A stretch of 64,000 nt of DNA from Callorhinchus milii (Eukaryota). The stretch spans positions 69,008,001 through 69,072,000 of the forward strand of contig NW_024704743.1 in assembly GCF_018977255.1 (NCBI RefSeq), given 5' to 3'. Made by a program: the position numbers and the translations under genes. Positions 1 to 13,019 of this stretch are shown here, piece after piece. The notes beneath the pieces are model-generated. The model made no database searches. It worked only from the letters and a program-made list of their open reading frames with translations, and was not told where the DNA came from. Each line of letters opens with the position of its first letter. Position 1 is the stretch's first letter.

Positions 1-1574
1 AAATGTGGGACGGTTCAGGACTATGTGATTTAGTTCCGAAACTAGACTGTTCATTTACTTATTCAGCCTCAAGTTGCTGTGAAATTGAAGCATTTACACA
101 AGTGTCACAAAACTTGTTTATATTGAGTGTTAGGAATCTGTGTGCGAGAAGAGATTGCAGATATTGGTTGTCTTTCTAATATGTATTAAATAATTATATT
201 CTCCTTCAGTACAAGTTTGGTGTATTGATTATTAATTCCATCAATTGTTAAATCTAAACTGTTTGCCTGTTTCCTGTATGAAACTGCTCTGCCCTGATGA
301 GACTGTTCTAATATTTAAATATACACAAATAACATTTTGTAGCTCGGAGAACATGGTAATAAGGGTCAATGTAGTCCATCAAAGGAATTCTGATAGGGGT
401 TGTGGAAGGTCAAAGGCAAGGAGCTTTTCAATGGAGTGTGAGAAGGAAACAATCAGTCTATGTCAACTTTCCATCACTTAATGATCTTAGTTACAGCTGA
501 GCTAGTTACATCTGAGTGGAAAGCACTGTACTCCAGCCCAAAAGGAGAGGGTGGTTTAACTATCCATGAAGGGACTAGAATAGTCAGTGTTACTACATTT
601 TGCCATAAAGTTGGAAAGTACGATATTGTTTTGTTCGGCTCACCTGCGTCCTGCAAAATAAAGCTCTGTTTTAATCTACAATACATCTAACGATTATTGC
701 ATTTTTACAAAGTCGACCCAATCGTATTCTGCTTTCCGATTTTGATGCTCTGCTCTTTTAATGGAAAAAGACAAACTTCTTATCTATAATTTCTTCAATC
801 AAAATCCTCAATTACTAAAAGAACACCACAAAATAGTGCATCAAAGAAATTTAGAGAAATGGAAACAAGACATTTGGAAATTTCAAACCTCCAAAGGCAT
901 TGCAAAAAAAATCATTTGGTAATCATTCTGGAATGATAAATCTGTCTGGGATCTTGTATGGACCTTCCTGATTCTGACATCTCTTATAAAATTAAAACAG
1001 CTCTTTTTTTCTTAAATTATTTATACATTTTTGATTTACATCCATTTCTCTCCCACCACAGACTTTACTGAAGATTGTAAAGAGACAAAAGATGAGATGC
1101 ATTAAAATGTAGTGCTTATGTGACACCAAGAATTGGTTTTAAAAAACTCTAGATCTTGGAGGAAGGACGAATGTGTGATGTAACAACTTCCAAAGTCTTC
1201 ACAAGATCACATCACAAGAGAGGTTTGGATGAAGAAGATCCTTTGGTCATCTGATCCAATTCCACCCTCCCATCACAGCATCAAGCTGCTTCTTAAATGA
1301 GTCCAGAATCCTGGCCTCAAGGACCCTAGTTGGTAGCCCATTCCAGTTGTTAATTACCTTCTAGATAAAAGCTGCTTTCTGATGGCTGTCTTGAAACTGT
1401 CCTTGACTACTGCCTGGCATATCTGGAAGTATTATTCTGAGTTTATTTTCTCAAACCAATTTAAAATCTTATATACCTCTACAAGATCTCTTTTGATATA
1501 ATAATAATAATCCTTGCACTTGATATGCCTTATCATGTTTTCAATATGTCTCTTTTCAAGGTTGAAGAGCCCAA

Positions 1575-2200
1575 CAACAACAAATTGCATTAACACAGCG
1601 TCTTTCACGTCAGGAGGACATCCCAAAGCACTGGACATTAAAGGTTTTGCACCCGAGCTGGAGGTTGTATTCAGGTGGTGGCCAAGGGGGAGGTGGGGAG
1701 GGGGGCTGTGGTCGTGTGATGTTACAGATGACTGAAGGCGCAGTCAAACAGGTAGATATTCAGATCGAACTTGAAGGAGATGAGGGAAGGGGCAAGGCAA
1801 AGGGATGGAGTTCCAGAGAATGGCTACAGAAAGGCTGAAAGCTCAACCACTGGTGGTGGGGTGGGCAGAGGTCATGAAGTAGGCAAATGTCTGCCGAACG
1901 GAGGAGTAGGCAGGTTACTAGGATTTAAGAAGATCGAAAAGCTAGGGTTGGGCAAAACCATGGTGGGATTTAAAAATGAGGATGAGGAGCCAGTGGAGCT
2001 GGGCGAGGGCAAGGGTGATAGGCTTGTGGAGCCTTGTGCGGGAAAGGACATGAGCTGCAGTGTTCTCGATGGTCTGCAGCTTGTGGAGCGAAGAGGTGGA
2101 AAGTCTGGCAAGCAAAGAGTTGGTGTAGTCTAGGATCTCGGCGGCCTGAGGGGAGAGGTAGTGTCAGAGCCAGGTGATGATGTGGAGGTGGGAGGAGAAA
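1575..2200 (-). mobile_element. Degraded L2 LINE 3' fragment
   Basis: Reverse complement of the L2 3' hairpin and (TTG)n tail at ~1575-1630; decayed ORF2 C-terminal motifs. Confidence 0.75.
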
Positions 2201-2324
2201 TCTGAATAGGTCAGATCACGGATGTGATTCCATACTGGAATCCCTCTGACTCACTCCCTCTCTATTGTCAAAGAGCACCTCAAAACTTACCTCTTTGAGT
2301 ATGCTTTCGCCTTGATTACGGAAA

Positions 2325-2877
2325 CTTCCTCCTCATCGGCCTTCCCAACTCTTCCCTTCACAAGTGCAGATCATCCAAAACTCTGCAGCTCTATACTCTT
2401 GTGCACCAGGCTCCGTGACCCCATCACTCCCACCCTCGCCCGACTCCACTGGCTCCCCATCTCTCAGAGGATCCAATTCAAGATCCTCGTCCTCATTTTC
2501 AAGGCAATCCATGGCCTTGCCCCCTCCTACATCTCTGACCTGCTGACTCCCTACTGACCTGCCCGCTCCCTCCATTCAGCGGACTCCGGTCTGCTCCATG
2601 TCTCCCGCCCGACCTGCCCTAGCATCGGCGGCTGGGCTTTCAGCCTCTCTGCCCCCACACACTGGAACTCCATCCCACAATTCCTTCACCTCAATTCCTC
2701 CATTGCCTCCTTCAAGGCCGGTCTCAAGACCTTCGGTCGCCCTCCCACCTCTCTGCCTTCCCTCACCCCTACCCCACCCCTCCCCCATGCTCGGGTCCCG
2801 ATCCCTGACTATCTAGCGCTTTAGGACATCCTCCCGATGTGAAAGGCGCTCTATAAATGTCATTTTGTTGTTGTTGT
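2325..2877 (+). mobile_element. 5'-truncated L2 LINE
   Basis: QIIQNSAA / ITPTLARLHWLPISQRIQFKIL motifs of L2 ORF2; ends in 3' hairpin plus ttgttgttg. Confidence 0.9.
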
Positions 2878-3319
2878 CATCTTTCCCCTCCCCACTCTCT
2901 GGCCTAGGTGCCCAGCTAGCAGTGTAAAATGCTTTGAGACACCCACCTGATGTGAAAGATGTTACATAAATATAAATTGTATGATTTGGGGATGATCCTC
3001 AGTTCTGTCCTCAGTCCTCTTCTCGGGCCTAGACTTACAATGTGTTGAGTGACCAGACTGTATGCAGTATTCTATGTGCAGCAGAACTTGAGTATGGCTT
3101 CTGGGCATCTGAACTTAACTGAATTGGCTATAATGACGAGGATCCTGTATCTCTTGTTTATTGCTGCCTCACACTATTTCAGACACTGAGCAATGAGACA
3201 ACTCGTGAAATGGAAAAGAACGAGTTAACAGTAGCAGACAGTGCTGGTTTGAATTCACATGAACAGGAGGCTGAGGGTAATTCAGTGCGTAGCTTGTGTT
3301 GTACATTACGGTAAAACCT

Positions 3320-3625
3320 TAGCTCAGTGGTTAGAGCATTCGCCTTGGAAGCAAGACACCTGGGTTCAATTCCAGCAGGGCAAAACCTTGGGCAAGCTTC
3401 CTTACTCCACACGCCTAATAATAATCCCTCCAAAACAAAACAATAATAAATTGGTCATTTTCAATCCACGACTGCTTGTGGGACATTGCTGTGCGCAATT
3501 GGCTATCGCGTTTTTCCCACAAATATATGGTCAATTCACTTAACAGTATATTCTGTGAAGCGCTTTGAGATGTCTAGACGATGTGAAAAGCGCTATATCA
3601 AACGCAAGGATTATTATTATTATTA
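3320..3625 (+). mobile_element. tRNA-derived SINE (Deu-like core, L2-like tail)
   Basis: A box TAGCTCAGTGG, B box GGTTCAATTCC, core gctgtgcgcaattggct, (ATT)n end. Confidence 0.9.
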
Positions 3626-4359
3626 AACCACTGCATTAAAACAGCAGTGTTTAAGGGAAAATCAGATGAAACCAAGATTAATTTATTCTGTTCCCCGTAA
3701 GCAAATAAATCCTCCTTTTCCCCAGCTGAGCTGCTTCTTCCCTTTAAAAGCATTCCTTTTACCCAGAGCACTCAATCTACCAACGAGTGATTTGTTCCTA
3801 CAACATTTACAGTGGCTTTTTGGCCCCGAGGTTTACAATTTCATCAACTTGAACAGATAGCTATTCAAATAAATCACTGTTTATACAGCAACTATCACAC
3901 ACTTTGGATATTTTATCAGCACTTACTATTAGACTCCCATAACCTTGGAGTAATCATGCAGAATTTTGATGCTAACATAAAAGCAACTTCGCAAGACTGT
4001 TGCATGATTTGTTGAAATTGTCAAATGCTATATGTTTTTACACATTGCCCGAATTCTTCTTTAATGATATAAATGACAGCAATCCTGATCAATGAGGAGA
4101 CCTAATTCACTGAGATGAGCATCAGAACATTTCTCTCTCTCCCATTACACTGCTCCCAACCCCACCTCACATACACCTATGAAAAGAATGGCAGGTCAAA
4201 TGCTACCTGTCATGCTACAGATGACACTAAGAGGGGTCTTTTTTGGGCACCAGGGAATACATGAAGAAATACATCACCATCCTTCAGAGTATCCATACAA
4301 GACTGAGATTTCCACGTATGATTAATAATAATAATATGCTATGATGGCAATAGTGAAGT

Positions 4360-4870
4360 TCAGTGGTTAGAGCACTCGCTTCGCAAGTGAGACGACCCAG
4401 GTTCAATTCCCAGGCGAGGCAAAACTTTAGGCAAGTTTCCTTACTCCGCTATGTTTACCTAGTAGTAAGTAGGAACCGGTTTTAGTCAATTGGTGGAATC
4501 GATAACCAAGGATTATAATTCCTCAAAAAAAAATAGTTTATTATAATAATAATAACTATTTGTTGTGGATTGAGTAACCAATCCATGACATCTGTATAGG
4601 CAGCCTCGCCCCCTCTCTTGCCTCCTTCAAGATCCATTTCAAGACCCTCCTCTTCGGTCACCCTCCTTCCCCCCTGCCCTCCACCTCGGGTCCAAAACAC
4701 TGATTGTCCAGCGCCTTGGGACGTCCTACCAACGTGAAAGGCGGTATACAAATGTAATTTTGTTGTTGTTGCGGGACATGCTGTGTGCAATTGGCTGCCG
4801 CGTTTCGCCCACGAAATATACAGTCAATTCACTTTACAGTGTATTCTGTGAAGCACTTTGAGACGTATTA
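4360..4870 (+). mobile_element. SINE long variant interrupted by an L2 3' fragment (~4600-4770)
   Basis: tRNA head at ~4360-4445; L2 tail ending ttgttgttgtt at 4770; SINE core resumes at gggacatgctgtgtgcaattggctgccg. Confidence 0.85.
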
Positions 4871-5304
4871 TAATAGGAACGAGACCCATTTCCCTCACCT
4901 ACAGCCTTTAACCTGGTAAACTGAGTAACTCAAATAAATAACTGAGGCCTATAGTGCAGGCACCACTTAGGTTGAAAAGAACAGAAGCAAAAACAAGGTA
5001 AATTAAGTCGTGGCTAAGTGATGGTAGACTCAGCTTGGCAACATTTGTTTCTGCCAATTTCTTCCCTTACTTTGCTGAGGGAATTAATTCTTGCTGGAGC
5101 TCCCTGGTTGTTTCCTCAACTGCTTTATTTTTCAATGAAAATCCAAAACCCAGGTAATGATTTTCAACCCAGATTTTAAAAAAAAGGAGGAATCAAAATC
5201 ACAAATAAAGCTTACCGCACAGTCCAACAGACTGAAGCTGTGGAAAGTGGCTGAACAGAGGTTGGTATTTCAGGGTTTAATGCATACACTTTAATCAGTG
5301 ACTT

Positions 5305-5531
5305 CAGTCGGACCCTGTTATAATGCTCACTCCGGGATAGTGCGGGAATGTTTTATAGCAGGTGTACACTGTGGACCCACGGTATATCAGAAGCACAGTA
5401 CACTTATGGCTTCTGGTGTTGACTGACTGGCAAGAGATGACGTCAGAGTGACCTGATGACTTAGAAGCACTATCTGTCAGCCATTTTTTTGTTATAACAC
5501 AGAGTTAGGGTTTAGTAACAGGGTCTGACTG
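5305..5531. mobile_element. MITE, pogo/Tigger-like
   Basis: Terminal inverted repeats cagtcggaccctgtta ... taacagggtctgactg (1 mismatch in 16); TA target duplication not preserved. Confidence 0.7.
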
Positions 5532-5603
5532 CTCAAGCCCCACAAAGTGACCCAGTGAACTGGAAATCAAGCCTGACCTCAGACTAATGAAACGTGCATT
5601 TAC

Positions 5604-5700
5604 CTGAGCGTGTGATTCCTGCCTAGGCTAGTCTGTCGCTCTTGAAGCATTTCAAATATGTTCGGCTGCCGCAAGAAGGCTACGATCTTGTCATTGTACG
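5604..5700 (-). CDS. HECW1: HECW1 coding exon ([33 protein letters not shown])
   Basis: 97 bp; acceptor attgcag, donor AG|gtaaat; phase 1 to 2; last exon found in the window. Confidence 0.96.
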
Positions 5701-6066
5701 CTGCAATTAGAAAGGCAGAATTACAGCTGCGGGGTTGTACAGTTGTACTTATCAAAGCCATTCCTTCCAAATGCTTCCCACAGTCATCTCAAGTTGATCA
5801 CTCATGCTGGATGTGATTTCACCAATGCTGGTAACTCATCCAAATAGTTAGTCTTCATGTGTGCGAGTTCAGACACTGTATGTTGGCAGGTTCTATTCTC
5901 ACCAGCAAGAATCAATGAACTGCAATCAGGTGCAGAAACCTGCTGCTTTTTCCTTATCTAGTTCAGACCAATTGTGATACCCCTGCAGCTGCTAGCTGAG
6001 ATTGAGGAACACATGAAATTCTCTGGCAAAGTCTGTTAATGTAACTACAAGCAGAGAATAAATATA

Positions 6067-6254
6067 CAGTGAAACTGATAACTCACCATCCCAAGGGAAA
6101 TAGCTTAATTACTACTTATCAGAGTTGTCTAACTGAGTCTAGTTATTCTAGTTATTAACTAGTCTAGTTATTCAAAGTACAGTATGTCAAAAGTCAACGT
6201 GAGTGACTAGTTATATGTCTACTTATCTCAGGGCATGTTATTAGAGTTTCACTG
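6067..6254. mobile_element. MITE, Tc1/mariner-pogo type
   Basis: TA|cagtgaaact ... agtttcactg|TA: perfect 10-bp TIR with TA duplication. Confidence 0.75.
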
Positions 6255-6619
6255 TATGCTTGTTACCAAAAGTTGGTAAAAGATCTGGCAAGTAGAGAAC
6301 AATCCCTATGTTTCTGCAGTACTGGGTTACCTTCCAATCTTTAAAATACTCAAAGGTGGATGAAATGTGATCAGTGGAGACTGCCAATGAAGTTGGAAGC
6401 ACAAACATTAAAAAAAAAGCCCCATAGTTACTTGCATAAATGTTCACAAGTACTTCTTAAAAACAAGAAATAACATTTGTCAATAAGGGTGTTAGAATGG
6501 AATAGGGATGATCATTGAATTGTTTAATGACATGATTTGGTTTTACTCCTTTGTCTTTTGGAGAGTCCTAAACCTAGCCTTAACCCAAATGTCAATAACA
6601 ATGGCAATTCATTCCTTAC

Positions 6620-6725
6620 CCACTGGCACTACATCATGTTGGTACTGGCTTCGAATGGCGGCCACCAGTGTGTTCGAGGGCCGAGCCAGCATTGAGGATC
6701 CCCGCACACGTGAGACATCAGAAGC
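6620..6725 (-). CDS. HECW1: HECW1 coding exon (ASDVSRVRGSSMLARPSNTLVAAIRSQYQHDVVPV)
   Basis: 106 bp; acceptor ttttgcag, donor G|gtaagg; phase 0 to 1. Confidence 0.95.
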
Positions 6726-6769
6726 CTGCAAAACCAATGCATGAAGAGCATTAAACTACAGCCGAAAGC

Positions 6770-7475
6770 CTTACCCACACCCTCCTTACCTCCAGGCTTC
6801 ACTTCCTCAATGCAATCTTTGTCAGCCTTCCCAGTCTACCAGCCACATCTCATCCAAAATTCAGCCACTCGCATCCTTATTCACACTCAGCTTTGTCTAA
6901 CCATCACCCTGTCCTCACCAGGCTCCACCGTCTTCCAGTAATTCAGTTTAATGATCCTGCTGTGCGCAATTGGCTGCTGCGTTTCACCCACAAAATATAC
7001 AGTCAATTCACTTTACGGTATATTCTGTGAACTGCTTTGAGAAGTCTCGAAGCTATATCAAATGCAAGGATTATTATTATTATCCTCACTTATAATTACC
7101 TGCACATCCTTTCCCCTTCCTGTCTCTGTGACCTTTCCCCAGCCTCCCTTCCAGCTTGCCTCCTGTGCTTGGCAAAGTTGAGCACCCTGTGTGTTCCTCA
7201 TTCTGCCTGCCCTACAATCCACCTATCTGCTTAAATCTGCTCCCCCTGGCTCCTTCTCTATCTGTTTCTAAAAGACCTCTGAAAATCTACCTCTTCAATC
7301 CACAGCAACAACATGTATTTATATAGTGCCTCACACAGAGTAGTGCTTCAGAACACTTTATGGTGCCTACACCAATACCTGCCACCTGCTCCACACCTGG
7401 CACTGACTCTGTAAAGCGTTTTGAGACTTTGCCCTTTGTGAAAGGTTCTGTATAAATGCAAGCTGTAGTTGTTTG
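6770..7475 (+). mobile_element. Old L2 3' fragment with a nested SINE 3' piece (~6950-7085)
   Basis: ctcatccaaaattcagcc (LIQNSA) motif and decayed tail; SINE core and (ATT)n inside. Confidence 0.7.
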
Positions 7476-8629
7476 TCTCTTTTGGTACTAAATATAAGTT
7501 TGGAACCCCAAACCCACAGGATTGCTACCTAGCAGGCTTCTGATCAGCACAGACCATGTATTTCCAAGGTTGATTGATTAAAGGTAATAAAATGGCCTTT
7601 TCAAAATTTCTTCCCTCTCTACCACAGGTGCAGACGCTGCTGGTTCTATTTGACTGTATTACCCACTTTCTGGTAAGCTGTGGACTGACTAAGCATCATC
7701 AGGCAAACACAGGAATGTAGAACAGCAGAGACCTCTGACCAAACCCCACGTTCCTGCCTGATCGTTTTCAAAATAAAAAATAAAAATAATGTCTGGAAAG
7801 AAATTCAAATTGAAACATAAAATTGTCTGTAGTTTAAATCTCTTTCTTTTTATCACATCAGAGCTCAATCCCATTCTCAGATGATGTCCACACACACACG
7901 CATACATACTTTTTATTTTCCTTACATATTTATTTAATTATTGGCTCTTATCTTTTTAACATCCCAAATCATATTGCCCTTCAATCTTGTTTATCTAATG
8001 AGAACAAGCTCAACTGATCTGAGCCTAAAACCGAGTCACGTGTTTGTAATCTGGCCTAAGTCAGTCTTGTCAAATTTAGGTTTCTGGCCAGTATTTGTGC
8101 TCACCTTAGAAACTTATAATTCATTTAGGCAACTGCCTAGATAAGAAGAATATGATAAAATATTTTTATCGCAATATGCATTCGGTTGCATTGGTATGTC
8201 TTAAGCTTATTCTAATAGTCTTGATTGAATATAAATCCACCTGAATCTCACAGACCCTCCTTAGAATTGCCATTGTGAATCCCACTCTGCTCTCAACAGC
8301 AAGAGAATCTAAAGCAGAATCTGTTCACATCTAAAGCAGAAACCTAATCCCCAAAGCAGTTTTTTGGGGGTCAGCTGAATGTCTGACACACATGGAAACC
8401 CATCACCATGCTGAAGAGTATCCAAACCAAACAATTGAAAGTTTCACATGTGCGTGTAGATTTCCATTTGTCTGGAATGCTGCATGCACTCTCTCCTGGA
8501 GGGATGTACCACCTTGTTTCTGGAAAGCACAGGCTGATAAGAGCCAAGGCTTGAGGACCCCAGAATGTGTGTTTTGTGCTTTGGTGTTTAACCAGTTAAA
8601 ACAACATAATTTGCAATTGACTGTCTACA

Positions 8630-9180
8630 ACAACAACAACAACAAAAAGATTACATTTATAGAGTGCCTTTCACGTCAGGAGGACGTCCCAAAGCGCTGA
8701 ACAGTTAGGTGCCGGGGCCCAAGCATGGGGGAGGGGTGGTGTAGGGGTGAGGGAAGGCGGAGAGGTGGGAGGGAGACCAAAGGCACGGTCGAAGAGAAGG
8801 GTTCTTGAGTCTGGCCTTTAAGGATGCAAGGGAGGAAGCGAGGAGAAGGGACTATGGGATGGAGTTCCAGAGTGTGGGGGCAGAGAGGCTGAAAGCCCGG
8901 CCACTGATGGTAGGGCGGGTCGGGCGGGAGACATGGAGCAGACCGGAGCCCGCTGAATGGAGGAAGCGGGCAGGTTGCTAGGGAATCAGCAGCTCAGAGA
9001 GGTAGGAGGGGGCAAGGCCATGGATGGCCTTAAAGGTGAGGACGAGGATCTTGAACTCGATCCTTTGGGGGATGGGGAGCCAGTGGAGTTGGGTGAAGGT
9101 GGGAGTGATGGGGTCACGGAGCCTGGTGCGTGAGAGTACATGAGCTGCAGAGTTTTGGATGATCTGCAGCTTATGAAGGG
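8630..9180 (-). mobile_element. 5'-truncated L2 LINE
   Basis: (CAA)n, then ttcacgtcaggaggacgtcccaaagcgc hairpin; closely similar to 59180-59710. Confidence 0.9.
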
Positions 9181-9384
9181 AGCTTCCTGCTTGTCCCCTG
9201 CTAGCAAGCTTCCTGCTTGTCCAGCTAGGACCACCTTATCCAATAGGGCTTTGGTTTGCAGGGTTAACAAGGGTTGAGTGAGTGACTGGTGTACCCATCC
9301 ATATTGATTTGATTCCGGGCAGGGTGAAACATTGGACAAGTTTCCTTACTCCACATGCCTCCACAAATATTATTTATTTATTTT

Positions 9385-9565
9385 TTGAAGGGATTATTTT
9401 CCCTGGAAAAGCGTACTGCCAATCGACTAACAACCGGATTCCTACTTAGTGCCAGGTAAATAGAGGCGTGTGGAGTAAGGAAACTTGCCTAACGTTTCGC
9501 TCTGCCGGGAATCGAACCCAAGTGAGGTTGCGAGGTGAGTGCTCTAACCAATGTGGTACAGGATA
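9385..9565 (-). mobile_element. SINE long variant, 5' half
   Basis: Reverse complement of the tRNA head plus the tttacctggcactaagtaggaatccgg segment. Confidence 0.75.
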
Positions 9566-9738
9566 TTAGGTTCAGTTCACTTGTGAATGAGACAATGTAA
9601 CAGTCATGCTCCCATGCTTCAGATAAACTGTGTTGTTTTAACTCTGCAGAGCCATTAACATTATACCCAATTGACATTGGAGCATCATCTTACAAATCCT
9701 TCAGTCTACAATGCTGTGAATCGCTAGGATACACTCAC

Positions 9739-9873
9739 CTCCCCTGCACTGTAACTGCGTAGCCGCTGGAGGTGTTGCCTGTGTGTTAGGTGGTTTGGCA
9801 GACGACCGTTCTGAAGTGGAAGCCTAGGATCAATAAATGTTGTGGCTCGACTGTTGTGATCCACAAAAAAGGA
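9739..9873 (-). CDS. HECW1: HECW1 exon: second half of WW2 ([45 protein letters not shown])
   Basis: 135 bp; acceptor gttgcag, donor GAG|gtgagt; phase 0 to 0. Confidence 0.97.
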
Positions 9874-11834
9874 CTGCAACAGAGAATACTTTTATCAAAA
9901 GAGTGGCATTCTTAGCTTACAACTCGGCACGTTACATTCATTCAGATGTGTTACACAACATAGAAACGGATCGTGTTTAAAAAAAATACAACAGTATCAT
10001 TTCTAAGCCATTTTAATACTGGATATCAAATGCATTTCAGGGAAGGGTGCTCTGCATGGTTGAACCTTCATGATAGCATGCACATATAATAATACTAATG
10101 CTTACATTTGATACAGCATCCTTTACATCAGGAGGGTGTCACAAAGTGCTTCACAGGATATATTATAAAGTGGAGGGACTGTATATTTTGTGGGCAAACA
10201 TAGCAACAAATTTGTACACATCAATGTCCCACAAACAACCACACATTTTATTTGGGGATTGTTGGCCAGGATACTGGGGGAATGGAATGTATAGATCTTA
10301 TTTATGGATTGTGCTAATCATGTGCAAATGCATGTGTAAATAGGGAATTATTGCTGCCCATAAGTATTTAATTAACAACCAATGAAAAAGATTCCAGATT
10401 CGCTTCGATTTTTTTACATGGGTTGTAAGTTACCTAATTGAAAGAACCTGCAAGGCCTTATTTCCATTCTGTCCCCAAACTCCATCCTTTGCCCTGTGTC
10501 TCTTGTCCTGCCCCTCTTCCCACCTTTAAAGCCAGTGTTAAGATCTTTCTTTTTGACTATCCTTTTGGTCACCTCCCCACCATGCTTCATCATCTTCAGC
10601 TCCCCAACATCAGTTCAGGCTCCCAGTTAGCTTTGTGCACTGTTTTGAAACTTCCTCCTGACATGAAAGGACCTTGTATAAATGTAAAATTATTGTTGTT
10701 GCCTACGTCACATGCCACTGGAGGCTTTGAGCTGAAATCTTTAACATCACTTGGCCATTCCCAAAGCATAAATATACAATATCTATTTCACAAGAGTCAA
10801 AGTACATTCTCATTTGTAAAATGTTTATGTGTATGTTGGTATATCTATATATAAGAACTAAAAGATTTTGTGGATATGTTTGTAGGTTTGTGTATTTAGC
10901 AGCTGGTTTCGGTGCATTTGTATGTAAAGCTGTGTGTGTGAAACCAAAGTACAATACAATTTACATTTATTTAGCACCTTCCATGTTGGGAGGAGGTCTC
11001 AAAGAGCTTGACACTACTGGCTGATCACCAGAGTTGGGGGGGGTTGAAGCTGAAAAGGGTGGGGAGGGGAAAAGATGCCCAAAAGTGTGTTCAAACAGGT
11101 ATACTTTCAGGCAGACTTGGAAAGTGTAGAGGGAGGCAGTGAGTTTGAGGGAATCTATTGTACGTGTGAGGTTGGTTTGTATATATTTAACAATAATCTC
11201 TTTATTTGATATAGGTCTTTCACTTCAGGAGGATGTCCCAAAGCTCTTCATGGAATATACTGTAAAGTGCAGTGACTATGTTTCTTTTGTGGGGATGAAT
11301 TTGTGCATTTGTATGTGTCTTGAATCGAGAGGATGTAAGTGAGGTTATGTAGGTGCTCATGTGTGAATATGTAGCTGCATGTTTATGTGAAACGATGGGA
11401 ATATTGATCTATGTGTGAGCACATGTATGCAGATGATATTGGGTTTCTTTCTTTTGAGAATCCTAGGTGAAGGTTGTGAAATTATTGATAGTGATGGACT
11501 GAAAGTGAAGTGTTGAAAAATATGCTTTTCACAGTGTCACAAAAATGTGGAGTAGACTGTCCAAAAAGCCCATACTGTTGTTTGTTTCTTACACCCTATC
11601 AATTGGCACACACCTGAAGATGGGCGGATGAGAAGAGGCGTGTTAGCTGCTTAGAAGCTATTTTGCTGACTGGCTTCTACAGCAAAATTGCAGCAGAACA
11701 CAATAGCATGGTAACTAAAATCTATCATTCAATTACTGACACTGAACTGAAGGCATAAGCCAATTCTACTCCTGACGTTTGGAATTTCGTGCTTTTCCCC
11801 ATTTCTAGAAAGCCTAGAAGATCACTCTTCTCAC

Positions 11835-12020
11835 CTTGCCCTGAGGATCTGTCTTTATCTCCCAACCTCGAGGCAGCTCCAATTGCGTATCTGCAAACAT
11901 GTTCATGAAATTCACCAAGTCCCTGTTGTGCTGATACCGTTCAAAGTTCCGAGCATCCCTACGGATCTTGAGTGTCATATGTTTCAAGCAAGTACTATTG
12001 GTAAACATTCGATAGGCACT
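11835..12020 (-). CDS. HECW1: HECW1 exon: helical region and first half of WW2 ([15 protein letters not shown]...[15 protein letters not shown])
   Basis: 186 bp; acceptor ttcgcag, donor AAG|gtgaga; phase 0 to 0. Confidence 0.97.
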
Positions 12021-13019
12021 CTGCGAATGGAGAAAGAGGAGCTGAGGGCAGCTACAGAAACAACAACTAAAAAAGGGAAATTCCATGGTAAGTAAATTCA
12101 TTGGGCATGAAAAATGTAATATGTGATAATTATCACATCATATACTGCATTTTCACCTCTTATGGAATTCAGGAAATCTGCCTGTAGCACCAAAATATTT
12201 TTGTCTCAGCATGAAATTACTGCTAGGATTTATTGAGTAAATAATGTAGATCAGTATTACATAAATAATGTGGATCAGTGTTAAAGGGATCTACTCAGTT
12301 TATTCATTTTGCTATTTGAGACGTGCTCTGTTCCATTTAGTTAATTACACCAATTTCCCATAGCCTCTGTCAGGAAACTGGACGAGGCAAACAGCCGGTA
12401 ATCATTTCTCAATGACTGCATTTGTGATAATTGAAAAACAGTCGCAGGACTGAGGCAGAAAGTACGTAACTAATCTCGTTGGCAAATGAATCCATAAGAG
12501 CACAGATCAGAAAGTAAGTTGTGGCCTTTTTGTCAAGACTTGTTCTGGATCTGATTGTCAGAAGAGGGAGACAGTGGTTTTACTTGATCAAATTGATGGC
12601 CCTGGATTATTAAACATTTAGAAATGTGAAATGTAAAGCACTGTGCAACATACTTTGTTCTGGCAGAGGTTCTGTCTGCCTGTTCTTCAGATGGATGTAA
12701 AGATGCCATCGCACTCTTTGAAAAAGAAAAGTTTCTCTCTTTGCCTCCAGATTAACTGGTCATTCCTAGTTGTGTTTGGCACCTTGCCAGCATAGTTGCC
12801 TGTGAATTTACTTACAAAAGCATTCACTAAACATGACAGTAATTGCTGTAAAGGGTTTTGCAATGTCTCCACAAGATAAGCCACTATAAAATGCAAGAAA
12901 AGTTTTTTGTTTTGTTATACTATTGCATTCATTTATCAATTTGTTTTCTTCACCTGTGTCCGACAGAAGCATTTGTATATGACTAAAAGTTATGTCTTTG
13001 CGAGTTTGTAATTTAGTCT

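Noticed and set aside
280..310. Additional hammerhead from GAAAC...CTGATGA (also CTGATGA near 17959 and 38865)
   Set aside because: Spacing and stems are incompatible with a hammerhead fold, or the GAAA box is absent
1..5603. Next downstream exon (EKIHYIRTEG...)
   Set aside because: Not found by eye; probably before position 1
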